Virus record (IMG/VR): IMGVR_UViG_3300037722_000053
Span: 1 to 37,354 of that record
Strand: one strand, 5' to 3'
DNA: 37,354 nucleotides
Source: a virus
Taxonomy: Duplodnaviria; Caudoviricetes
The translations under genes were made by a program, and so were the position numbers. The notes beneath the pieces were generated by a model. That model saw nothing but the letters and a program-made list of their open reading frames with translations. It did no database searches and had not been told where the DNA came from. Shown in pieces: positions 8,863 to 18,185 of this stretch (position 1 is its first letter; every line of letters begins with the position of its first letter).

Positions 8863-9768
8863 ATGGGTATTATTACTACTGGTAGTTTTGCCAAAGCCCT
8901 CTATCCTGGCGTAAATGCTTGGTACGGTAAGGCGTACAATGAGTATCCTGTGGAATTTAAGGACCTCTTTGACACGCATTCGAGCCGTAGGGCTTGGGAA
9001 GAAGATGTGAGCGTTAGCTCATTCGGTCTGGCGATGCAGAAATCTGAAGGCGCTGGAGTGCAGTATGACTCCGAGCAACAAGGTTTCATGACTCGTTATA
9101 CGCACGTCGAATATGCTCTGGGTTTTGTCATCACCCGTAATATGGTGGAAGACGATCTCTATGACATCGTTGGTGAGCGTAAAGCAAAGGGTCTTGCCTT
9201 TTCAATGAGACAGACCAAGGAGACCGTTGCGGCTAATGTCTATAATCGTGCGTTTAACCAGAACTTCACTGGCGGAGACGGTCTTGAGCTTCTCTCGACT
9301 GCCCACGTCAATGTGGCTGGTGGTACTTGGGCAAACGAGCTGGCAACGGCTGCTGACCTTTCAGAGGCTGCTCTGGAACAAGCGGTGATTGACATTGCGA
9401 AGTTTACCAATGATCGTGGCTTGAAGATTGCGGTTAAACCTCAAGGACTCATCGTCCCTGTTGACCTCATGCACGAGGCCGACAAGATTATGAAGACTGA
9501 ATACGAAGTTGGTACGGCGAACAACACCGTCAACGTCGTTCGGTCTAAGTTCCCGATGGGTACTAAGGTTAACCATTATCTGACGGACACGGATGCATGG
9601 TTCATTCGTACTAATGCTCCTCATGGTATGAAGTACTTCGAGCGTCGGGGCGATGCCTTTACAACCGATGGTGACTTCGATACCGACAACGCGAAGTATA
9701 AGGCTACCGCACGTTATTCGTTCGGTTGGTCTGATCCTCGCCAATTGTATGGTTCACCTGGGGCGTAA
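8863..9768 (+). CDS. Major capsid protein (HK97 fold)
   Basis: 301 aa; YALGFVIT..EDDLY, LSEAALEQA, YLTDTDAWF, RYSFGWSDPR; followed by a terminator. Confidence 0.93.
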   Translation: MGIITTGSFAKALYPGVNAWYGKAYNEYPVEFKDLFDTHSSRRAWEEDVSVSSFGLAMQKSEGAGVQYDSEQQGFMTRYTHVEYALGFVITRNMVEDDLYDIVGERKAKGLAFSMRQTKETVAANVYNRAFNQNFTGGDGLELLSTAHVNVAGGTWANELATAADLSEAALEQAVIDIAKFTNDRGLKIAVKPQGLIVPVDLMHEADKIMKTEYEVGTANNTVNVVRSKFPMGTKVNHYLTDTDAWFIRTNAPHGMKYFERRGDAFTTDGDFDTDNAKYKATARYSFGWSDPRQLYGSPGA

Positions 9769-9791
9769 TCTGTAGTTTAATGTAAGACTGT

Positions 9792-9823
9792 CCGGGGAAG
9801 CGTCATAACTTCCCCGGCATTTT
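9792..9823 (+). terminator. Intrinsic terminator after the MCP
   Basis: CCGGGGAAG/CTTCCCCGG 9-bp stem followed by CATTTT. Confidence 0.75.
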
Positions 9824-9840
9824 CCTTATAGGAGAATTTT

Positions 9841-10827
9841 ATGGCAATGTCAAATTATCCCGGTGGTTTTAAAGACGGTATTGTAATTCGTGGTATGCCT
9901 CTTTCGGTTCTGCATCCGGGTAAAGTTTTTTGGGTATCCAATGCTTCGGCTGCCCAACTTCCAGGCCACAAGGGTGCTTCCGATGGAAATCAGGGTACTT
10001 TTGATGCACCATTTGCAACTATTGATTATGCTGTTGGTCGTTGTACAGCAGGTCGTGGTGATGTTATTATGGTCAAACCTGGATATACACAAACAATAAC
10101 TCTGGCAACAGAGATTTTATTGGATGTGGCGGGTGTTGCAATTGTAGGACTTGGAACAGGTTCATTGCGTCCAACAATTACATTTGAAACTAATGCCACT
10201 GCGAATATTCCTGTTACTGCTGCAAATGTGAGTGTATATAATTTGTTATTTGTGGCTAATTTTGCGGACACGGCATCAGTATTTACAGCCACAGGAACAG
10301 CAACTCCGACGGATTTCACAGTTGAGAATTGTGAATTCCGGGATACAAGTTCCAGTCTTAATTTCTTGCACGCTGTTACAGGCAATGCAACTGCAAATTC
10401 AATGGATGGGCTGTATTTTAGTAAAAATAGGATTCTTAGTCTTGGAACAACGGCACTTACTACGGCAATTCGCATCTTAGAAGCTGCCAGTAGAATTCGG
10501 GTTACAGGTAATTATGGTGTTTGGGCTGTTCTTAACAACACACCAGCATTACTGAGTACTTCTACTTTTAATATGCTTTCTCTTGAAGTGGATAATAATA
10601 TTGTATTTCGTCCAAATACGGACACTTCAACTGGTGGTATTTTGTTAGAAGGTACAGGTGCTGCGATGACAGGTATGGTTCATCACAATCATTGCAAGAC
10701 CCTTGATGTTGCTGGTATGCTTATTATGACTCTTACTTCTGCCCTTGGCTTTCATGAAAACTACTTAAGCGGCACTGCCGACAAGAGTGGTCTTCTGATT
10801 CCGGCTGCGGATGATGATGGTTCGTAA
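9841..10827 (+). CDS. Virion structural protein, probable beta-helix
   Basis: PFATIDYAV..GRGDVIMVKPG motif seen at the start of pectin-lyase-like folds; Asn/Thr-rich. Confidence 0.7.
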   Translation: MAMSNYPGGFKDGIVIRGMPLSVLHPGKVFWVSNASAAQLPGHKGASDGNQGTFDAPFATIDYAVGRCTAGRGDVIMVKPGYTQTITLATEILLDVAGVAIVGLGTGSLRPTITFETNATANIPVTAANVSVYNLLFVANFADTASVFTATGTATPTDFTVENCEFRDTSSSLNFLHAVTGNATANSMDGLYFSKNRILSLGTTALTTAIRILEAASRIRVTGNYGVWAVLNNTPALLSTSTFNMLSLEVDNNIVFRPNTDTSTGGILLEGTGAAMTGMVHHNHCKTLDVAGMLIMTLTSALGFHENYLSGTADKSGLLIPAADDDGS

Positions 10828-10905
10828 TTTTAATTGATGTAAAGGTTGGGAGGATACCGTATACATTTCGTATACACCCTCCCGCCCAACCAAAAAGGAA
10901 ATAAA

Positions 10906-11433
10906 ATGTCTAATTTTGATATTGCAAGTTACAACCGCCAAGGCAAAGTATTTACAGCGGCTAATGTTTCAGCGAAATCAGTTATTGCAGTAACAACTGC
11001 GATGACTGGGGTAATTCTTCATAATCCAGCCGGTTCAAATAAGAAACTTCTTATTGCAAATGCTGGTTGGGTATGGACAACTGTACCCGGTGCTGTTCAT
11101 AACATTGGGCTTGCTTTGGCTGGTCCCAATGCTACTTCGCCTTCTACCCTTACTGCAATTGGTTCGGGAGTGTTATCGGCAGACGGTACAGGAAATGCCA
11201 GTGGTTCAGTTGGGCGCGCTTATGATGCAGCGACCCTACCTGTGGCTCCAGTCATTGTTCGTTGGCTTGGTGGTGCAGCCTGGGGTTCTAGCGTTGGTGT
11301 AAGTCCATTCTCAATTATGCAAAATATTGATGGTGGTCTAATCTTAGTTCCAGGTGCTACTCTTACCTTTGCTGCAGTTACTACAACTGCAGTTGGTATG
11401 GGTTCAGTAACTTGGGTTGAGGTTCCTGTTTAA
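10906..11433 (+). CDS. Virion structural protein; start refined to MSNFDIAS
   Basis: AAGGA RBS before ATG 10906; Ala/Gly/Val/Thr-rich beta protein. Confidence 0.7.
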   Translation: MSNFDIASYNRQGKVFTAANVSAKSVIAVTTAMTGVILHNPAGSNKKLLIANAGWVWTTVPGAVHNIGLALAGPNATSPSTLTAIGSGVLSADGTGNASGSVGRAYDAATLPVAPVIVRWLGGAAWGSSVGVSPFSIMQNIDGGLILVPGATLTFAAVTTTAVGMGSVTWVEVPV

Positions 11434-11445
11434 TGTAAGTTAAAA

Positions 11446-11476
11446 GGGAGGTCAGAAATGACCTCTCTCGCCTTTT
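11446..11476 (+). terminator. GAAA-tetraloop hairpin, possible weak terminator
   Basis: GGGAGGTCA-GAAA-TGACCTCTC followed by TCGCCTTTT. Confidence 0.55.
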
Positions 11477-11489
11477 CTGGGGAAACCAA

Positions 11490-11924
11490 ATGGCAAATCG
11501 TATTATTAAGACTATTTTACAAAATGGTACAAAGTCCATTATCTTTCATGTTTATTTAGAAAGTGATGGAGATGAAGGGGAATTGGTTAATTATCCATTA
11601 ATTGATCCGGCAGTCGATTATCCTGAGAATGATAATTCTCGTCACATTCGTCCTGTAGTTCGACAAATCTGGCATAGCTTTAGTTGGTTTGATGGTCTTC
11701 TAGCGTTCGATGATTTGATTCCCGCTCCTTCATGGAATTTAGCACGAGACGGAGATAACTATACTGATTTACGTTATTTTGGTGGGTTAAAAGACCGTTA
11801 CATTCCTCCAAAAGATAAAGATGCTAGTGATCGCACAGGTAAAGTATTACTTACTACAAATGATTTTGCTCCTCTGGGATCAATGGGAACCATTATTCTT
11901 GAACTTTGGAAAGGGAAAGACTAA
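11490..11924 (+). CDS. Hypothetical virion protein
   Basis: 144 aa; DLRYFGGL..TGKVLLTT..TIILELWK; late operon. Confidence 0.75.
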   Translation: MANRIIKTILQNGTKSIIFHVYLESDGDEGELVNYPLIDPAVDYPENDNSRHIRPVVRQIWHSFSWFDGLLAFDDLIPAPSWNLARDGDNYTDLRYFGGLKDRYIPPKDKDASDRTGKVLLTTNDFAPLGSMGTIILELWKGKD

Positions 11925-12625
11925 TGCCTATCTCTTTCGTTGCGGCAGGTACAGCAGTTGCTGGTGTATTAACTACACTTGATTTAGTGGCTCCAACTTT
12001 AGCTGAGAATGATATTATTATTGCTCAGATTGCTTCTAATGACAACGATGCTGTCGCAATGCCAGCAGCAACCTGGACAGTTATTCAAGAGAATAATAAT
12101 GGCACAGGTTTGCGAAGTACCGTAGCTTGGAAACGGGCATTAACCGCCGATTCAGGAGCTACATTCCAATTCACAGGATTGGCTGGTACAACTGTAAATT
12201 TTGGAGTTCTTACAGTTTATCGAGGAGTAATTCCTCATGGTCCGGCTGTTGGAACTTCCACGACAAGTGCAAATATCAGTGCTGATGATGTTACATATGC
12301 TACACTAACTCCTAGATCAAATGCTGGAGTTATTATTGCTTGTGGATATTACCAGAATGATTTGACCACTGCTGGTGCTATGTCCGATGCCTCATTTACT
12401 AATGTTGTTGATGAAGAAACCCCTACTGGAAATGATTTGTCTCTCTTTCAGTATTGGGCACCATCTTTTGGTGCAGCTACAGGTGCTTTAACACATTCAA
12501 CAACTTCTACAGCCGATGCTGTTAGTAATGGAGATTTATTTGATTTAATTGCTGACAATATGTATGGGGGTGGTGGTGTTCGTTCCCCCAAATATGCCCG
12601 TTTAAATCGCCGGCAATTAGCATAA
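11924..12625 (+). CDS. Virion structural protein; start refined to MPISFV
   Basis: TAATG coupling; Thr/Ala-rich beta-sandwich-like sequence. Confidence 0.7.
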   Translation: MPISFVAAGTAVAGVLTTLDLVAPTLAENDIIIAQIASNDNDAVAMPAATWTVIQENNNGTGLRSTVAWKRALTADSGATFQFTGLAGTTVNFGVLTVYRGVIPHGPAVGTSTTSANISADDVTYATLTPRSNAGVIIACGYYQNDLTTAGAMSDASFTNVVDEETPTGNDLSLFQYWAPSFGAATGALTHSTTSTADAVSNGDLFDLIADNMYGGGGVRSPKYARLNRRQLA

Positions 12626-12640
12626 GGAGATTAAAAATAT

Positions 12641-13066
12641 ATGGCTGCTTCTGCATGGAGTTTTACCAATGCTGGTAGAACCAGTTTACTTGATGGAACA
12701 TTCGATATTGACAGTGACACATATAAATGTGCGTTGTTCCTATCCACCTCAGATATTGGTGCTGGTAGCACAACTTTTGCCGGTGTAAGCAATGAACACG
12801 CGGGTAATAATGGCTATACAGCTGGTGGTATTGCAGTTACGTTCTCTCTTTCAGGAACGACAACCGTTACAGTAGATATTGATACCGACCCGGTGTGGAC
12901 GGCTTCAAGTGGTTCAATTGTCGCTAGGTTTGCAGTGCTTTATGAAGTAGGTGGTAACGTACTTTGCTATTGTACATTAGATGACACTCCAGCAGATGTG
13001 ACTGCTACTGACGGTAATACGTTAACTGTTGCAGCTCATACAAGCGGAGTGTTCACGTTAGCATAA
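12641..13066 (+). CDS. Virion structural protein, tail or fibre-associated
   Basis: TAAGGAG RBS; DIDSDTYKCALF, GYTAGG, WTASSGSIVARFAVLY. Confidence 0.75.
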   Translation: MAASAWSFTNAGRTSLLDGTFDIDSDTYKCALFLSTSDIGAGSTTFAGVSNEHAGNNGYTAGGIAVTFSLSGTTTVTVDIDTDPVWTASSGSIVARFAVLYEVGGNVLCYCTLDDTPADVTATDGNTLTVAAHTSGVFTLA

Positions 13067-13071
13067 ATTAG

Positions 13072-13971
13072 ATGGCACGAGTTTTAAATAGTATTACTCT
13101 CAGTGCGCCTGCAGCGCCAGTTGACGCATCGGTAAACGATCAGTTTACCTTTACTGGTACTCCTGGTTTTGCCGGGGGTGGTGGAGTTCAACGATATGAT
13201 ATGAAATGGGAGGTTGATAGTGGCGCAGGTTTTGTCACTATTGCCTCTTCAGGGACTGGACTTACTACTGCTGATACTAATCCCTTAGTCAATACCAACT
13301 CTGCTTCAGCAAACTCAATCACTGTTGATTGTTCAGAAGTAGGGTCGTATACAATACGAATATTAGGAGCTCCCACTAGTGGAGGAAGTTACACTGTCAC
13401 TTCTTCAACAGAAACTGTTGAAGTCACTGATGCTAGTGTATTAGTTACACCAGATGTTGTTGCATTAACAACTGCTACATTTGCACCGACTGTCACTGCA
13501 ACACAGAACGAATTAGTTACACCAACTACAGCAGCGTTGTCGCTGAGTTCCTTCGCTCCAACAATCACGACGACAGCAAATCAGTTGGTTACACCAACAA
13601 CAGCTACACTAACACTAAGCCCATTTGCTCCTACAGTTACAGGGGGTTCTGGGATTACAGTGACGCCGAGTACGGCCAGTTTAACAACTTCTCTGTTTGC
13701 TCCTACGGTTACAGCAACAGCTAATCAGTTAGTAACACCGAGTAAATTAAGTTTAGCATTAAGTTTGTTTGCACCAACCGTTACAGCAACAGCAAACCAA
13801 ACAGCGACGCCAGCAACAGCAACTCTGTTGCTGAGCACATTCGCCCCAACAGTAACAGCAAGTGGTGGAGAAGACAACGATACAATAGATGCCCCAATCG
13901 CCTCCTTAGAGAATAGTATAAGCTATCCAAATATACCACGGAGTCAATTTTGGCGGGGAAGACAATACTAG
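13072..13971 (+). CDS. Thr-rich repeat virion protein with Ig-like N-terminus
   Basis: Six 24-aa repeats VTPxxxxLxLxxFAPTVTATxNQL. Confidence 0.75.
   Translation: MARVLNSITLSAPAAPVDASVNDQFTFTGTPGFAGGGGVQRYDMKWEVDSGAGFVTIASSGTGLTTADTNPLVNTNSASANSITVDCSEVGSYTIRILGAPTSGGSYTVTSSTETVEVTDASVLVTPDVVALTTATFAPTVTATQNELVTPTTAALSLSSFAPTITTTANQLVTPTTATLTLSPFAPTVTGGSGITVTPSTASLTTSLFAPTVTATANQLVTPSKLSLALSLFAPTVTATANQTATPATATLLLSTFAPTVTASGGEDNDTIDAPIASLENSISYPNIPRSQFWRGRQY
13444..13869 (+). repeat. Six degenerate 72-nt coding tandem repeats
   Basis: FAPT(V/I)T recurs every 24 codons. Confidence 0.85.
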
Positions 13972-13972
13972 A

Positions 13973-14644
13973 ATGAATTCAGTCTGTTTTACATTTCCAG
14001 TGTATGACGGTAAGTTGCCAATAGAAAGTGCAGTTGCTCTAGCTTCCACTACAGCTTCCCTAAAAGCAGCAGGAGTTCAAGTTAATTTTCTCTGGGGCAC
14101 AGAGAGTGCTCTAATTGATCTTTGTAGAAGTAGGTTAGTAAACAGGTTTCTAAAGGAAACCGATTGCCAGAAATTGTTCTTTATTGATGGGGACATCATT
14201 TGGAAACCCCAAGATGCCATCAATCTAATCTACCATTCCCATAAGTACCCAATAGTTGGGGCAGTGTACCCAGTGAGAAAAGACCCTCCTAAGTTCTTTC
14301 TAAAAACCAAGAATGCTTGTCTGGAGACTAATGAGGATGGACTTATTGAGGTGTTGGGATTTGGTGCTGGTTTTGTTATCATAGATCGTTCGGTCTTTGA
14401 AACAATGAAACCCCATGTAGAAGAGATTGTAAGTAATGAGGATCGCCTAACTCGCTATTTTGATATTAGAGTGGTTAATGGTCATTACCTTGGTGAAGAT
14501 ATTTCCTTCTATTGTCGTTGGACAGATGAATGTGGTGGTAAAATATTCATTGATCCGAGTATTAACCTAAAGCATGTAGGTACTAAAGAATTCGATTATA
14601 AACTTATTGACTATTTGAATAAAACCTTAGAAAAGGTGGAATGA
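13973..14644 (+). CDS. GT-A fold glycosyltransferase-like protein
   Basis: LFFIDGDI (DxD), GAGFVIIDRSVFE, GEDISF, LKHVG. Confidence 0.8.
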   Translation: MNSVCFTFPVYDGKLPIESAVALASTTASLKAAGVQVNFLWGTESALIDLCRSRLVNRFLKETDCQKLFFIDGDIIWKPQDAINLIYHSHKYPIVGAVYPVRKDPPKFFLKTKNACLETNEDGLIEVLGFGAGFVIIDRSVFETMKPHVEEIVSNEDRLTRYFDIRVVNGHYLGEDISFYCRWTDECGGKIFIDPSINLKHVGTKEFDYKLIDYLNKTLEKVE

Positions 14645-14648
14645 AAAC

Positions 14649-14957
14649 ATGTCTTTCCAAAAGACAACTCCAGGTTGGGAATTAGGGAAATGGTTAGTTA
14701 TTTGTGACCGTTGTGGTTTCAAAAGAACTAACACAGAAGTGGCCAAAGAACCCTGGACCAATCTTATTGTTTGTAAAGATACATGCTGGGAAACTCGCCA
14801 CCCGCAAACGTTTGTACGCCCAAGGCCAGATGCTCAGGCAGTGCCTTGGACTAGCCCCGAACCAACAGATGTGCTCGTAGATGTTACATATGAGGATACT
14901 GGTGCAGACGATATTCCATCAGGCACTTTTAATACTACAGACACCATCAACGAATAA
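14649..14957 (+). CDS. Cys-rich virion-region protein, paralog 1
   Basis: ICDRCGFKR..LIVCKDTCWETRHPQ. Confidence 0.8.
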   Translation: MSFQKTTPGWELGKWLVICDRCGFKRTNTEVAKEPWTNLIVCKDTCWETRHPQTFVRPRPDAQAVPWTSPEPTDVLVDVTYEDTGADDIPSGTFNTTDTINE

Positions 14958-14959
14958 TA

Positions 14960-15331
14960 ATGTTTAAGCAAACAACTCCTGGTTGGAAATTTGGAGAATG
15001 GCTTGGTATTTGCCAAGTATGCGGATGGAAAAAAAGATCGTCCGAATTATTTAAACGATGGGATGGTCTTATAGTTTGTGCCGAGGACCTTGAACCCAGA
15101 CATCCACAAGAATTTGTTCGGCCACGCGTTGATAATCAGAAAGTGGCATTCACAAGACCAGAATCTTTAAATGTATTTTTAGGACCTACGGTAAACTGTG
15201 CTACAGCTACATTTAGAGAAATTTCTGCAAGTGAACTTCAATTAATGTCTGAAGTAATTAAAGCTAGAGTACAAGGACCTGTCGAAATTTCTAATACTCT
15301 TTCTGTTGTCTGTACTCTGGAGATATATTAG
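14960..15331 (+). CDS. Cys-rich virion-region protein, paralog 2
   Basis: ICQVCGWKK..LIVCAEDLEPRHPQ. Confidence 0.8.
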   Translation: MFKQTTPGWKFGEWLGICQVCGWKKRSSELFKRWDGLIVCAEDLEPRHPQEFVRPRVDNQKVAFTRPESLNVFLGPTVNCATATFREISASELQLMSEVIKARVQGPVEISNTLSVVCTLEIY

Positions 15332-17109
15332 TGTCCTTACTTAAAGTTGATACAATACAATCTAATGGTGCGGTTGACGTTGAGGTTAATGATGATCTTA
15401 ATGTAACTGGCACTTTAAGTGTTGGGGATGTAGATTTAGCTGGTTCTTCTGGCTCCTCCCTGGTTGGCTTCGTCCAGTCCGGTATAGGGGCCATCCCGGA
15501 GACGACTGAGGACGCACTGCAGAGGATTGTCTTTGCCGAGCAGTACAGCACGTTCGCACAAGCTGTCACAGCAGCCGTCGGGGGGCGCTTACGGGTTAAC
15601 AGTGCGATAACGATCTCTGCCGATACGACCGTCCCGCCGACGGTAGAACTGGTGGTAGAAAATGGCGGCAGTTTCGCTATCGCCACCACCAAGACGCTCT
15701 ACATCCGAGGGCCGTTCCAGGCGGGCGATTATGTGGTGTTCACGGGGGCGGGAACGGTCGATTTCAATGAGGGCACCAGGCACCACAACCTTGCGTGGTA
15801 TGAGGGTGCTTCGCTCGATCTGAAGTGGGACTTCTGCCGACGCGGACTGATCGATCTCTACCCATACACCGCGCACATTCCTCACCCGCAAAAAGACGAT
15901 CCAGCGGCGGACTTCGCGGTCGTTTCCAGTCGGGAAAGATGGTACTGGAAAGTTGCTGCTCCGCTGTACTTTGACGATCCCGAAAATAGGGGGGATTGGA
16001 CCATCGACGGGCACATGGTAGCGACCGCGACGATGGACGCCATGATGATCTTCTCGCCAACAAATAAGACAGAAGACCTCATCTTCAGGACAAATTTTCT
16101 GCTTGATTGCGACAACAAAGCCACATACGGAATAGACATACAAGGTGCTGCAAGGGTTAAGTTCGATAAGCAGGTCTACATTCTTGATTGCACTCGCGGG
16201 GTACGACTGCAAACGACTTCTCTTGCGATCTCGGATGTCGAATTTCACGACATATACATTGCTGGCTTTTCCGGTGCTGCCGTTCGAGTTGAGGGTATAG
16301 CTACCGCCGCTATCGGCAATCGCTTCGGGTCAATCTTTGCACAAGTTGCAGACTCGGCATCAGCGAATGTGTTGGAAATTGTCGGTGATGTACGCGACCT
16401 AAACGTAGATGTCATTCACTATGATACGGCAGGCGGATCAGACGTAGCGGCAGGCGTCTACATAGAAGGTAATAGCTCGGTACGCCCCCTTTACTCGATC
16501 AATATCGGGGTGATCTACGGCAATGTTATGACTGTCGGCCTGAAGACCAGACTGGCGTCAGGCACCACAGAGATTGAGGGGGTCAAAGTCGGATACATCT
16601 CCCCATCGCACGTAGCTTCTACGACAGTAGACCTTGAGTACCTGAAAAATTCCATCGTAGAAGCGCAAGTAGCAGGACATACGCAAACGGTCGCTTCAAC
16701 AGCGCAAGTTGTAAGCCTTCCTGAATGCAGCGCGTTCACGCCGGTTATTGAAGGGCAATCGGCGGCTGGTACAGGCACGTACACTGTTCAAGTAGGCCGA
16801 TACAGGGTGGTGGGCGATCTCGTACACATTTCCATTACCCTTGTCTGGACTGCCCACGATGGAACTGGGAATCTGATAATTACTGGCCTGCCTGTTACGG
16901 CGGCCAACGTGAATGCAAGCCACGCCTGGCCTCTGAGTGTTCTTTACAGTTCTCTGCTTGTAGCAGCCGGTAAAGAGTTGGCCGCCGCCGTAATCAATAA
17001 CTCGGCCACTATCCGTTTGTACAATCAAGACCCGTCTGGCGGGGGCGCGGCGCAAATAGCAATAGATACCGCTGGCACGCTCAATCTAAGCGGATGGTTC
17101 GAGCGATGA
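15331..17109 (+). CDS. Tailspike or receptor-binding protein
   Basis: GSSLVGFVQSGIGA anchor motif, central beta-helix-like region, C-terminal GRYRVVGDLVHI..ITGLPV domain. Confidence 0.8.
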   Translation: MSLLKVDTIQSNGAVDVEVNDDLNVTGTLSVGDVDLAGSSGSSLVGFVQSGIGAIPETTEDALQRIVFAEQYSTFAQAVTAAVGGRLRVNSAITISADTTVPPTVELVVENGGSFAIATTKTLYIRGPFQAGDYVVFTGAGTVDFNEGTRHHNLAWYEGASLDLKWDFCRRGLIDLYPYTAHIPHPQKDDPAADFAVVSSRERWYWKVAAPLYFDDPENRGDWTIDGHMVATATMDAMMIFSPTNKTEDLIFRTNFLLDCDNKATYGIDIQGAARVKFDKQVYILDCTRGVRLQTTSLAISDVEFHDIYIAGFSGAAVRVEGIATAAIGNRFGSIFAQVADSASANVLEIVGDVRDLNVDVIHYDTAGGSDVAAGVYIEGNSSVRPLYSINIGVIYGNVMTVGLKTRLASGTTEIEGVKVGYISPSHVASTTVDLEYLKNSIVEAQVAGHTQTVASTAQVVSLPECSAFTPVIEGQSAAGTGTYTVQVGRYRVVGDLVHISITLVWTAHDGTGNLIITGLPVTAANVNASHAWPLSVLYSSLLVAAGKELAAAVINNSATIRLYNQDPSGGGAAQIAIDTAGTLNLSGWFER

Positions 17110-17198
17110 GCGCCCCTCTGAACAACTGCACCGCTACCGAGGAACAAGAATGCTATCGTTTAACAAAGTTAAACTCGCAAGCACCGGAGGTGCTCTAG
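17106..17198 (+). CDS. 30 aa linker ORF
   Basis: ATGA overlap with the tailspike stop; ends 1 nt before the next ATG. Confidence 0.35.
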   Translation: MSAPLNNCTATEEQECYRLTKLNSQAPEVL

Positions 17199-17199
17199 C

Positions 17200-18180
17200 A
17201 TGAGTACAAGTTCGTCGTATAATTTTACTGTTTCTAGAGACAATTTAATAACTGATGCCTTGCTCTACATTGGAGCCATTGGTGAGGGAGAAACTCCAAC
17301 TGCAAATGCAGTAACAGAAGCAGCCCGACTACTCAATATGCTCGTTAAACATCGAGCTTCAGTGGGAATGCCTCTGTGGGCTTTGAAGAGAGGCTTCATT
17401 CTCCCCACTACGGAAGTGTCGTCTGTTGACACTAACAGCCATGTAGTGGTTGACTACACTACAACCACTCTCAGTGCTGATGAGGCGGATGCACAGACCA
17501 TTCTCAGTGTTACAGATTCCACAGGGATGACGGCCGCTGACCAAGTGGGTATTGAGATGGACGATGGCACCATGCATTGGACTACCATTTCGTCTGTGGA
17601 TTCCAGTACACAAATTACAGTGGATGATGCCATTGATGATGATGCTGCTTCCGGTAATCGTCTATATAGTTATACAGCCTCAACGGATAGGGTTCAGCGA
17701 CCCCTCCGTATTATTAATGCAAACATGCTAGAAGTAGCTAGTGGTTCTTCCTGGGAAATTACTTTAGAAGAAAGACAAGACTATTTCAATCTTGGTAATC
17801 GCACTACAGAAGGCACTCCTAATAGAATCTACTATGATCCACGACTGGGAGCAGCAACGGCATCGCCGGACTCTGCGACCAATTGGTTTGGCACAATTTT
17901 CATTTATCCTCGCTTCAATAGTGGGGATTATGTCATAGAATTTACTTATCAAAGACCTTTTCAAGATTTTGATGCTAGTACAGATAATCCAGATTTTCCA
18001 CAAGAATTCTATTTGTCCATTGTTATTGAACTAGCAGCTTTGCTTGGTCCAAAACATGGACTTGATTTAAAAGAGAGACAAGCCCTTTTTGCTGAAGCTA
18101 AAGCCTATCGAGACGAAGCTTTAGAGACAATATATGAAGAGGGCTCAGTATTCTTACAACCTGAAGACGAAAATGGATAA
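17200..18180 (+). CDS. Putative head-tail adaptor or tail tubular protein
   Basis: LITDAL..IG..GEGETP..EAARLLN N-terminus; GTPNRIYYD..IYP..DFPQEF C-terminus. Confidence 0.75.
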   Translation: MSTSSSYNFTVSRDNLITDALLYIGAIGEGETPTANAVTEAARLLNMLVKHRASVGMPLWALKRGFILPTTEVSSVDTNSHVVVDYTTTTLSADEADAQTILSVTDSTGMTAADQVGIEMDDGTMHWTTISSVDSSTQITVDDAIDDDAASGNRLYSYTASTDRVQRPLRIINANMLEVASGSSWEITLEERQDYFNLGNRTTEGTPNRIYYDPRLGAATASPDSATNWFGTIFIYPRFNSGDYVIEFTYQRPFQDFDASTDNPDFPQEFYLSIVIELAALLGPKHGLDLKERQALFAEAKAYRDEALETIYEEGSVFLQPEDENG

Positions 18181-18185
18181 GAAGC

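Noticed and set aside
13444-13869. CRISPR-like periodicity
   Set aside because: Degenerate in-frame protein repeats; no identical repeats with unique spacers
15589-16248. Long antisense ORFs in the tailspike
   Set aside because: Shadow ORFs caused by GC-rich codon usage
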